A stretch of DNA of 64,000 nt, from positions 153,424 through 217,423 of the forward strand of contig RDEW01000007.1 of assembly GCA_011109175.1 (NCBI GenBank), written 5' to 3'. Each line of letters starts with the position of its first letter. The first letter of the stretch is position 1. The notes beneath the pieces are model-generated. The model saw only the letters and a program-made list of their open reading frames with translations. It searched no databases and was not told the origin of the DNA. This document shows positions 38,991 to 49,317 of the stretch, piece by piece. Source of the stretch: Dicyema japonicum (lineage: Eukaryota > Animalia > Dicyemida). The position numbers and the translations under genes are program-made.

Positions 38991-39919
38991 TAATTATTAT
39001 TAGCACACCGCAAAACAACGTTAGTAAAGTTATCTCGCTTGTGCCACCCTCTCCTGGATGCGTTTTGTTAATCGCTTCCAGTTCCTTCTGTTCCTCGATA
39101 GGTCCCTCAGGAGGTCAGGATCATCTGCCGACGTCAACCTTTTCACAATCGAAGTTATGTCTTGATGTAGAAGGGTTGGTAGAGTAATTCGTGGTCTTCC
39201 TGGAAAGTCGATCCCGGATGAGGAACATAGTGGTGTTCCATTGCAAGATTAGCGGGAGTATTCCTGTCCATTCTTAAGATGTGACCAAATAATCTGTTAC
39301 TTCTTATTTCTCCGTCCAATGGGTGGATATTGTAATGGGAATAAAGGTATTTGTTTGATATGTGCTTTGGCCAGGAAATTCTTAGAATGTATCTGAGCTG
39401 CATTCTATGAAAGAAGTTCAGACTTTCCATTTCCGGCGTTGTGAGTGCCCAGGTAGAAGAGTTGTACAGTAAAACCGGTTTTACGAAGATATTGTATAAT
39501 TTGATTTTTAAAGAGGCAGAAATTTGTTTACCTCGTAACCATACGTTGTTTAGTTTTTTAAGAGCGAAAGCAGCTGGTGATTTTATTCGTAGTATTTCTT
39601 CTGTCTCTCCTAAGAGAGTGCCAAGTTTCTTCGTATGCCTCCATTTTTCCTCGTGTCGTTGTTTGCATCGCTTTACTATTGTATATTCTGTTTTCTCGGT
39701 GTTAATTTTTAGGAATGATTTTTCAAATGTTTTGGCCAATTTGTCGATTTGTCGTCTGTTGTCATCTGCGAAGATAACTTCCATTATATGTTTGGAGATA
39801 TTATGCCGCGAGCGCTACTTGCAACTATGCGCTACCTGCAACATCGATTTTTTTTCATCGAAAATAAACGAATAGTCTTAAGACACTCACAAGTCGAACT
39901 CACTGAAAGAAACCAGTTT

Positions 39920-40250
39920 ACTCAATAATAATAATAAAGCCTTTTCACGAGAGCCATAGTATTTATAGCTCCGCATAGGCAGGACACACACTTTATTTAA
40001 GTAAAGAACAGTTAATTTTAACTAATCGTAGAACCAAGGAATGATCTTCACTTCTTTTTTTCTTTTCTTGTGTGAGTGTCCTTTCTAGACAATCCAGTTC
40101 CGCAGTGAGTATTCACTGATGACGGCGTCACTCGTCAAACCATTTCTGCATCGTAGATGCGTGGAACCTTCCACCAGGTGAACAGCAGCGAGATTCGAAC
40201 CTGTAGCCTAAGCCACTTAAGCCCGACACCTAACCACTAAGCCACCCAGT
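39920..40250 (-). mobile_element. tRNA-derived SINE, copy 1
   Basis: A box TGGCTTAGTGG and B box GGTTCGAATC, followed by a non-tRNA core shared with 46740..46925. Confidence 0.8.
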
Positions 40251-40490
40251 TTAATCAAAAAAACATAAAATTAAAATTATATAAAGATTTATGTTATGCT
40301 TTAAAAATTATAAAATTGAATTTATTTTTTAAATCATTAAATTATCTTAATAAATTAATTTCAACAATAAAACTCTTAATTTTCCAATATTTTAAACAAT
40401 TTAAAATTCCAGGTTAGACGATTGTATTCATTTAAGTTTCAATTAAGACAAAAAATTCAAAAAAATATTTTATTTATAAGAAAGGATAAG

Positions 40491-41914
40491 TCACTTCTTT
40501 TTAAGCTTTTTAACGCGACTCATGTGGACGATCTCGGTATGTCCCTCATTTGATTGAAGTGCCATTCGCTTGTTAGACAATATATCTACGACTTTCACTT
40601 TTTCACTGTAGGGAAATTCAAATTTCCCTAACTTTAGCGAGGGAATTGTCCCATGGTCTTTTTTACGCAAACCTATATTGTCAATGTAATTAACTAACCT
40701 CATCTCCTTTGTCGAATGTGTATTTTGAGCAATGAACACCCATTTTTCTGTTCATTCTTTTGAAATAAGGGGAATTCAAATCTAGTGGACAATGCATAAA
40801 GTCAAATTCTATGAAATAATAAAAAATTGATAACCTGCCTCTCCAATTAATTTAACGAATCTCTCTGTTTCAATTTGAGTTTCTAAATTTTCGCTTAACT
40901 CTCAAACCATTCACAACTGCTTCATTTTTTTCAATGTAGCCTACATAATGGAGAATTGGATTAAATCCTTTGATGCCTCTGTAACGACGAAACGGATTGT
41001 CACCTAATTTATATATAAGGCCATACAACCTGTTGAACTATGATAACTAAGATTATAAAATTGGACAGCTTTTTTAATCTGTTTTTTCCAACATTTATTT
41101 GGATCATCAAACAACATCTTCGACAAAGTTCGAATGATTGTCTGATTGAATCTTTCTACAATTCCTTAAAAAATAATTCAATTGTATACCTTGACTACGT
41201 GGGTTGTTTGGACGTGAATGAATTTGAATAATGTTATATTTCTTGCAAATTGCAGTGACATGTGAGTTTTTAAACTCGGAGCCATTGTCCGACTGTAAAT
41301 ATAAACATGGTCCATAATCCATGAATATATCCTCAAGGTTGTCAGCAACTTCCAAACCACTTTTTTTCTTTAAGCTTTTTGTAATAGCATATTTTGAATA
41401 AATATCAATAGCCGTTAAAAGCCACGAATAACCATCATTATACTCACTAAACCTAGAGAATATAAAAAAATGATACCTTTTAAGATCGATTAAATCTATT
41501 TGAAATCTCTCATTGGGCCGAGTTGCAATTATATGATTTTCTTCATCATATTCCTTAAGACTTCTGGCAAAAAGACATGTCTCACAATTAAAAACAACAT
41601 CGCGAATAACATCTCTTTTCACAAAAAAATATCATTCTTTACAATATGTTTCTAGGATATTTTGGCCACAATGTGTTAAATCATGAATTTGAGTAGCGAC
41701 AAACTTCATTTCCTCAACGTTGTCAAAAAACAATAACCAATTTATCGCCTTCTGGGTCTTTTAGATACATTCTTCCTCCTTTAAGAACGAAGCTCTTGGA
41801 CTTTTTTCGGATCCTGTACATAGCATATGCAGGCACATCAGTAGGTAAGCCTCCTTCAAGAATAATTTTGAGATTAACATATTCAACAGATGTCTTAACA
41901 AACAAGCGTGACAT
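40491..41914 (-). pseudogene. Ginger-like integrase/transposase (H2C2 + DDE core + GPY/F-like tail) with micro-introns; disrupted
   Basis: HDLTH...CETC, FQIDLID, AIDIYSK, QSDNGSEF, SQG|IVERFNQT, VHMSRVK. Introns at 41453..41476 and 41165..41189, candidates at 40809..40834 and 40673..40698. In-frame TGA at 41632..41634 and frameshifts. Confidence 0.8.
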
Positions 41915-43699
41915 AACAATTCAAATTAGTATTAATAGTTTATAATAATTTTATATAAAATATATTTATATTACTAAAAATTAGAATTTTAATCCAAAAG
42001 AACAATTTTTATAGATTCAAAAATTCAAAAAATTCAAAAAAATCGATATTGCAGGTAGCGCATAGTTGCAAGTAGCGCTCGCGACATATTATTCCTGGCC
42101 TCTCGTAGGGTTGCCTCCAGATATGCGATGAATAAGACCGGGGATAGGGCGTCTCCTCGGGGGGTGTCTTTGTTCAAAATACTCTGGATTTCTGATTTCT
42201 GAGCTGGATAAATAGTTGAGTGGAGGAGAGTAGATAACGAATTATTTTGATGCAATCTTCCTCGAGTAGTGGTGTTAATATTTGTATCATTTTGACTCTG
42301 CTGATTGAGTCAAATGACTTAGATAGGTCGAGTCCTATTATGTGGTACTTCTCTTTATATGTTTGGCATGAAACACACATCCATTTGTGTCTCCAAAAGG
42401 CATCAGAAGTTGATCTTCCAAAGACAAACCCACTTTAGCTAGCTCCGATGAATCCACGTAGTGGGGCTTTTATTCTGTCCAGAGCAATTAGCGATAGAAT
42501 TTGCACAGTGAGTTGAGTAGTATGATTGGTCTCAAGCTGTTTAGCTTTCCTTTTTCCTTCCCCGTTTTATGCAAAGGGATTACTTTTCCGATGTTAATTC
42601 TGGAGTGTTCCTCAAAAGATTTGTTCAGATTGTGAGTAATGAGTTTTTGAAACTCTTCAAAAGCGTATTTTATGAGCTCTGCATTAATATTATCTGAGCC
42701 TGGAACTTTTGAGTCGTTTAGTCTGGTCACAGCCTTTTTAACTTTTGTTAAAATTATTTCTGGTGATGGCTTTCTGGGGACTCCATCAAAAGGATAAAGC
42801 TTTTCTTCGTTTACAAAATTGAAATATTTTTGTATTGATCAGCTATGGTGTCTGTGTTGTTGTAAATGGTTCTTCCGAGTTTATCATGAACTGTTAGATT
42901 TTCAGATTTCTTCTTTTGTCCTAGCATTTTTACAGACGCATACATTTGCGCTTCGTGTACTTTCCTACTTTATTTGCAAGGTTTTGTAGCCCTGTTACGT
43001 GGTTTATCTGACATTTTTTCTTGATTTCTCGAATAATTTTGTTTCTTTGGATTTTAAACTCAGTTGCTTTCACTTTGTTATGGGTGTTCATGCATTTAAT
43101 AGGTAGATCCTTTTGTAAATGGGGGAGGTGATCTATATGTGGATCGTGTATTCCCTTGAAGGTTTTTGGAATTGCCCCAATCGTGACAGAGTGACCTCCT
43201 TTTGATCGACGACTTTAGTCCTCGAACGTTGAAGGATGGTAGCATGAACAGAGAGTTTGAAAGAGTAAAAAAAACATTAGTGCAATTTGAGATGCGTCAC
43301 CAACCTCAACCAAAAAAAATCATCTTGGTTAATAATCAACTTAATATTTTCGAAATAATTGTATGAGTAGATTGGTGATGACTTTTTAGGTTGTATTCGT
43401 TCGATATAGCAATAAACTGACATATCATACAATGTATTTTTCGTTCCAGGACTTGTCTACAGGTAACGACATTGTCCCCGGGGAAAGAATAGTGGATCCT
43501 CTTGATGCCAGCCAGGTATGGGATGTCTCCTCAGTAAGGTGGATCCAATGACGCCATCGAAAAGAGGGAAAATAATTTTTGACAAACTAGCCACATAGCA
43601 CCACGAGGCCACGTGAAGATCAAGAAAAAATTTACCCTACGTCAACACAAAATAGAATGGCTATTGATGTGAATCTATCCCCACGTTATTTCGTTCATC

Positions 43700-44910
43700 A
43701 GACAGGCCACTATGCAAAAGTGAGTCAAATAAACATGAACAAATGCTTCCGATCATGTAAATTTAAAAACTTTCATACTGAATGGGTTTCTTAGGTCCTT
43801 GCAGAAACGTAAGAAACCCTGACCATTATCAGCGTCGTCTCCTTAGAAAGGAGACTGTTGATGGATGAACTGTCGGCTTGCATGAGCCGTGTGCATTTGC
43901 GTCTGAGAGAGTTTATACGCTCCATCCTTGAAGAGGGAAGGGGAAATCTCCAGGTGGAACAAGCTTATTCAATTATCGGCACTATAATCTGAAGGTAGAG
44001 TTTACTGATAGAAACTGCAGATGGGAGGGTGCTCTTGTTTATGATAGTCTTTAGAACGTTCTACTTTTGAAACTCCCTGGTTAACACTTGCTCTATGTGA
44101 CTGGAAAACGTCATTAGAGAGTCAAAAGTTATTTCAAGGATTTTCTGGATTAGCGTAGAATGAATAGGGATGTCTCCAATGAATTTCTCGAGTACACCCT
44201 TAAAACTCATTTCCGTAGTGAACATGGTGAACTGAGAGTTGGATGAAATATAGACAGCATATTTTAGGATAGCCGGTCACACACCTGGTTGAGGTGTAAC
44301 TGCACAAACGTCCCGCGGAAGGAAATCTTTCCCCTGCAACAATAATTAGGTCCACATAATATAAAACAGGATCCCATCTTTGATAGTAGGTAAATCGTAT
44401 ATAAATAATTTAAATATGAAAGAAGACAGGGGGAACCTTGTGGGACCCCATTAGGGAGTAGTCTTGATTTTGAAGTAGTTCTCCAATCTGGATTCTTCCT
44501 CGTCGGCCAGTTGAGAAATTTTTCAGCCATAGAATGATGTTGGATGTAAATTTGAATTAAAGATTTTTGTGTTAGGAGTGTCCTCGAAATAGAGTTGAAG
44601 GCTTTCTGTATATATGGACACCAGAGACGTCTGTAAGTGGCTCTTCACGTTGAAGCCGTCTGTGATGAACTGGGAGACAGATCCAAAACGAGTCGTTGTA
44701 GAACGGCCTGCTTTGAGTCATGATGGCAGAACAGGATAAATTAATATCAGCTTTTCCAACACTTTTTGACAAAACGAAATTAGGCGGTAGGAGAATAGAT
44801 TCTCTTTTGGTTTTCCAAACATGAGAATTGGTGTAATCAGGAATTCTCAACATATTTGGTAGTGTATGGGAATTTATTGAATTGTTATATAAACTCGATA
44901 ACACGATATG
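43700..44910 (-). mobile_element. I/Jockey-like LINE RT region, degraded
   Basis: LPNGVPQGSP, ILEITFDSLMTFS-like segments. Confidence 0.7.
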
Positions 44911-45344
44911 CCTGAGCCCCTATTCGCTTAAGTGAATAGCACAGACACTGCCAGGGTCACAGGTAAGACTTATCAATTTAAGAGACCTGTTAAAGTCATA
45001 GGGAGTGAAGAAAATAGTATATTGTTTCTGTGGACCACATCGTTTGACATGCGGAGAACGAGAGAAATTCTTGTGACTGACCGACACATAATATTTTATA
45101 AGATGTTTTTTCATAAGGTTGCAAGTTTACGTGCGGCTTCCTAGGTACTAGAGGTAACAGCTTGCACACCGTTTCCATCTTCATTGATAAGACTGTTGAT
45201 CCTTCTTAGCGTTTTCCAAAAAATGGCACATAAGTTTTTGTGGCATAGTCGTCAAATAAAACAGATCTACATGTGCCCTTGGTTAACTCAGATTAGTTGG
45301 AATATTCTGGAGCATAGCTCAGCCTCCAAAAAATATTAATGTTT

Positions 45345-46735
45345 CCATTATTAATTAGTTAGTTAAGTAACCCCAGCCTCACTAACTTGTAGGAAGCCAG
45401 CAGCTATTAAGTAGTATGCAGCAGATGTTGGTCGCTCTCATAGATCGGTCAGTTCCGGCATTGTGGAGAAATGTTGTGCCAATTCATGAAATTGAAATAG
45501 GTGATTTGTTGTCAGCACATGGAGGTTGCAAAAGGGGCAGAGTATATTGGTAGATATGGGTGGTTCCCACATCGTAGACGAGCCAGGTTTACTCGCACGT
45601 CCCTTGAAAGAGAGGATTCTGATTGGTCTATTGGAGGAGTGGGTCGCTGTAATATTTTATTGTCTTCGAGTCTTCGGATACTTCTCGTAGAAACAAAATC
45701 GTGTATCTGTTTCAGACGACTCCTGTCATTGGGGATGGATGGAATGGATGATAACATTCGAGACAGGTCACTTGTTGTCATAATAATTTTCCTTTTGTTT
45801 TGCGGCTTGCATAGGAAGTGGCAGAAATGTTCTAGACTGTAGGCTTGGGAGAGGAACTGCAGGGCTCTCATTTCCAGATGGTCTCCAATTGGAAGGATCT
45901 TTGACTCCCAATGTAGATGATCGACACGAGTTGATCTAAGACATCCAGTAATTATCCTGAGCGCGATGTTTTGTACTTTTTGTAGTTTGTCAATAGAAGT
46001 AAGAGAGGCAGAGGTTGACCAGCAAGGGCTTGCATAGTTAATAGTTGTTCGAATGAATTGTTTATGATGGTTAGGGATTCTTTGTTTTGGCCAAGGGAAT
46101 GACCTGACACAGCTTTAAGTATGTTGATCTTTTGAGAGGCCTTTGTACATTGTTCCTCCACATGTTTAGAGAAAGTTAGTAGTTGGTCATAAATAACTCC
46201 AAGTATTTTGGGATGTTTCGTAACGGTGAGTGGTCGTCCATGAATTGTTAAAATTGGTTGAAAATTTAGTTGGCGGCGGTTGGACGTGAATACAGTGACG
46301 ATGGATTTCGATGGAGAGGGGGATAGGTGGTTTGCTTTAAGCCATTCTTCAAGAGTGTTCAAGTGGATCTGAACATTTTTCATTGTTTCGTTAACGTCAA
46401 TGTCTTAGAGGCAACAATCATGTCATCCGTATACAATAGTAGAAGTGTCTTGGAATTGATTGGAATGTCGCTTAGGTGTAAGTTGAATAAGGTGGGTTAT
46501 AAAACGGGGAACTCCATTTGGAAGAAGTCTGTAATTAGATAGACATGACATAATTTAGCTCGACCAATTCTTCCAGAGAGGAAATTTGTTGACCAATTCT
46601 GTAGACGTAGAAGAATTCCAGATACAAGAATTTTGGCGGCGGTTGGACGTGAATAAAGTGACGGTGGATTTCGATGGAGAAGGGGATAGGTGGTTTGCTC
46701 CAAGCCATTCTTCAAGAGTGTAATTAATCAAGGAA
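45345..46735 (-). mobile_element. I/Jockey-like LINE 3' half
   Basis: PKILGVIYDQLLTFSKH, LARLRCGNHP; ends ...EAGVT* at 45363..45377; internal re-duplication of about 100 bp (46240..46345 and 46630..46720). Confidence 0.85.
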
Positions 46736-46739
46736 ATTA

Positions 46740-46925
46740 TTCCTAGACAATGTTCTTTGATTTGTATTTGTGTGAGTCCATAGTTCCATAGTGATAAAAC
46801 ACTGATGACGGAGTCACTCGTCCACCCAGAAGCATCGTAGATGCGTGTAAACCTACATCAAATGGACATCAGCGAGATTCGAACGTGGGACTTTCTGCTA
46901 TTTAGTCCGGATCTTATTAAACTGC
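46740..46925 (-). mobile_element. tRNA-derived SINE, copy 2 (diverged)
   Basis: B box GTTCGAATCTCGCTG, core CACGCATCTACGATGC and GACGAGTGACTCCGTCATCAGTG matching copy 1. Confidence 0.75.
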
Positions 46926-47289
46926 GTCATATAAAAAACTTTTGTAAGATGAACTAGAAAACCCTATCAAAAACTAAAAAAACCTATGCCAATGAGCTAA
47001 ATGGAATCCGCATTTTCAATTTGAAGCACCTGGACCTACATGACCTTAAAGTAACCACTGGCATCATTTCTGCCTTTATCAATATTTATGGAAAAATAAA
47101 AAATAATGCGTCCTTAAAGTTCAAAAAATCATTCAGTATCTTTCCGACCCATTTAACTACTATGCATAGTATCCATATTTGTTGAACATTACTCCATTAA
47201 AATCTACCGTCATTCTATTCACGTTTTACCATCGTCAGTAAAATTTTTAATAAGTACTCTTGGAAAAACATTTCCCATCACTAAACGCC

Positions 47290-47870
47290 TCAAATACTTG
47301 AGTCGAATTGACAACCACTAACTTTCTCAAAATACATGGAAGAGCAGTACACAGAGGCCTTTCGCGAAATCAACATAACAAAAGTTGTGTCAGGTGTAGA
47401 TAAGGGTCCTGTTTGAGATGTTGTTTTCATGAAGTCTGTTCCAGACGCTTTGACAACGTCTTCAAAGGTTCTGAGTTCAATGTCCCTTATTTTCGTTGCT
47501 TTTATTTGAGCATTATGACTTTTTAAGTTTATAGAAGCAAGATTTGTTCCCCAAACAACACAAGCATAAAACATTGTAGGTTCAATGTATTGCAGGTAAA
47601 AAACATCAAATCCATTGAGAAATTTAAAATTCCATAAAAAAATCTTCAAGAAATTAAACTTATTGGCGCTAGCAGCTATCACATACTCAACATGCGGGGA
47701 AGAAGTTAATGCACGTCGAAGGTTACACCCACAATTTTCTGGGTCTTTTTTGGTGGATTTTATTTCCATCGATGTAGCACTCTCCAAAGATTCAGTTAAT
47801 CGTAAACAGTCAAAGGTGACTTTTCTGTAAAGTTCTGTCAATTATAATTTCTGCACTATTGCAATCCTAA
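47290..47870 (-). mobile_element. LINE RT C-terminal fragment
   Basis: YIEPTMFYACVVWG. Confidence 0.6.
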
Positions 47871-47968
47871 ATGTGAATTATTAAAGAGAATCTGTTTAGA
47901 AAGTTGGTTATGTAAAAGTATTAATAAAGTCTGGTTAAAATAATCCAAAACATGTTGTTAGTTTGTTA

Positions 47969-48951
47969 TTATTTATTAGTGGAATTGCGTCCTTTCAAGA
48001 ACACGAACTTCCTAGATTTAATAACAGTTCATTTATGTCGATTAAAGTACACCCAAAAGGGTGTAATCATAATAAGAGCAATTAATATCTTTATTAATTA
48101 GAAATAAAACCTTAATAGCCATTCGTTTGTGATCATCAATATCGGGGTCACTCACCCATTTTAGAAAAGAACAGACATCCTTAGCCATTTGACTAATAGT
48201 AGCAGGTGTACCTCTAATATACCATAATAATTACCATCATCAAAATCCATCATTCCATCACTAAGAGGAGGTGCCATGGCGATAGCACAATCAGGGAAAT
48301 ATGGATTGTAATGTAATCCATCCCCCATTACAAAATTATTGGGTGGTTCTTCTTCATAGCCTGTCAGTAGTGAGAAAATATAATCCTAAACTAAAGCAAT
48401 AATAAAACTTCAGTTCCAGGACGTGCTCTACATATATAACTCATATCTGGAGGGACAGCACCATTATTAGCAAGTCTAGCAGTCTCTTGATTAGGATAAG
48501 GTCGAGGAAGGTAATCGTTTATAATGCCTGAACGTTCAAACATTTCCCCCTCATCATTAGGTCCATCAACAACATCATTCTTTGAATATTAATAATAATA
48601 ACCTCAGCAGCTTCAGTTATAGCTTCATCTTCAGTTAAAATGACATTAATCATATGTCGATATCTTAAAAACTTAATGGAGTGGCATGTTGAACATACTT
48701 GTTTGTACACAAAGTATCCTCTTCGAATACTATAAATATAAGTTAATTATAACCTTTTGTGGTCAAGAGCAGAAAAAGGACCACTATGAGGCCAACTATA
48801 TTTGTTGTGAGCAATCATTGTTGATTTTGAGTAAATTGTAAAACAACTACCAGCCAACACACCAATTCCAACGGAGGAGTAACCCAATAATTTATAAATC
48901 TTAATTATATATAATAATCACATTGGATCTAAAACGACCAAACGAAAACAT
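47969..48951 (-). CDS. CYC1: Cytochrome c1, heme protein of complex III; 6 micro-introns (22, 24, 23, 23, 23, 22 nt); in-frame TGA at 48029..48031
   Basis: [32 protein letters not shown] (CxxCH), [51 protein letters not shown]-terminal TM helix then RHK*TVIKSRK. Confidence 0.95.
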
Positions 48952-49020
48952 GTACGTATAATTATTAAATTTAATTATTAATTTAATTATTAAATTTATT
49001 TTTTAATTTTATTTAGTTCT
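48952..49020. promoter_or_regulatory. Putative 69-bp bidirectional promoter between CYC1 and the orphan ORF
   Basis: Head-to-head ATGs 69 bp apart; almost pure A/T with repeated TAATTATTAA. Confidence 0.55.
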
Positions 49021-49302
49021 ATGGATGGCTGTGGGAATGATTATTCATTAAATAATCTGAAGTATCGATGTCATCAATTAATAAAGAATCAAAATAATGT
49101 TAAACAAAAGTGGTACAACTACATGACATCTCATCTTACTCCAAATTATCAATATATCAACAATATTCAACATAAGCTTGTACCGCAATATAGAAAGGCG
49201 ACTGAGAAATACTACTACCCTAATATGTACTACTATTATCCACAAAATATGAGTGAAAATGATGATATCACAGTATTTAACTCTGATGAATCAAACATTT
49301 AA
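49021..49302 (+). CDS. Hypothetical 93-aa Tyr/Asn-rich protein
   Basis: ATG-to-TAA ORF exactly filling the gap between CYC1 and SEL1L; no recognised domain. Confidence 0.55.
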   Translation: MDGCGNDYSLNNLKYRCHQLIKNQNNVKQKWYNYMTSHLTPNYQYINNIQHKLVPQYRKATEKYYYPNMYYYYPQNMSENDDITVFNSDESNI

Positions 49303-49317
49303 TAAAGAATGTCTTTA

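Larger units (their letters stand above)
39804..42086 (-). mobile_element. Ginger-type (retroviral-like integrase) DNA transposon with about 52-bp TIRs and 5-bp TSD
   Basis: TIR TG(T/C)CGCGAGCGCTACTTGCAACTATGCGCTACCTGCAA(T/C)ATCGATTTTTTT at both ends; TATTA duplicated at 39799..39803 and 42087..42091. Confidence 0.9.
38992..43270 (-). mobile_element. RTE-clade LINE split by the Ginger-like insertion
   Basis: APE start FNVRGLKSS at about 43220; PGSDNINAELIK, LDLSKSFDS, GDALSP. The RT reading REARNN|ISKHIMEVIFADD is continuous once 39804..42086 and one TATTA are removed. Tail GTGCT(AAT)n. Confidence 0.88.

Noticed and set aside
40190-40250. Genuine tRNA gene
   Set aside because: A and B boxes are present, but I could not fold a convincing acceptor or anticodon stem and it continues into a repeated core; treated as a SINE head.
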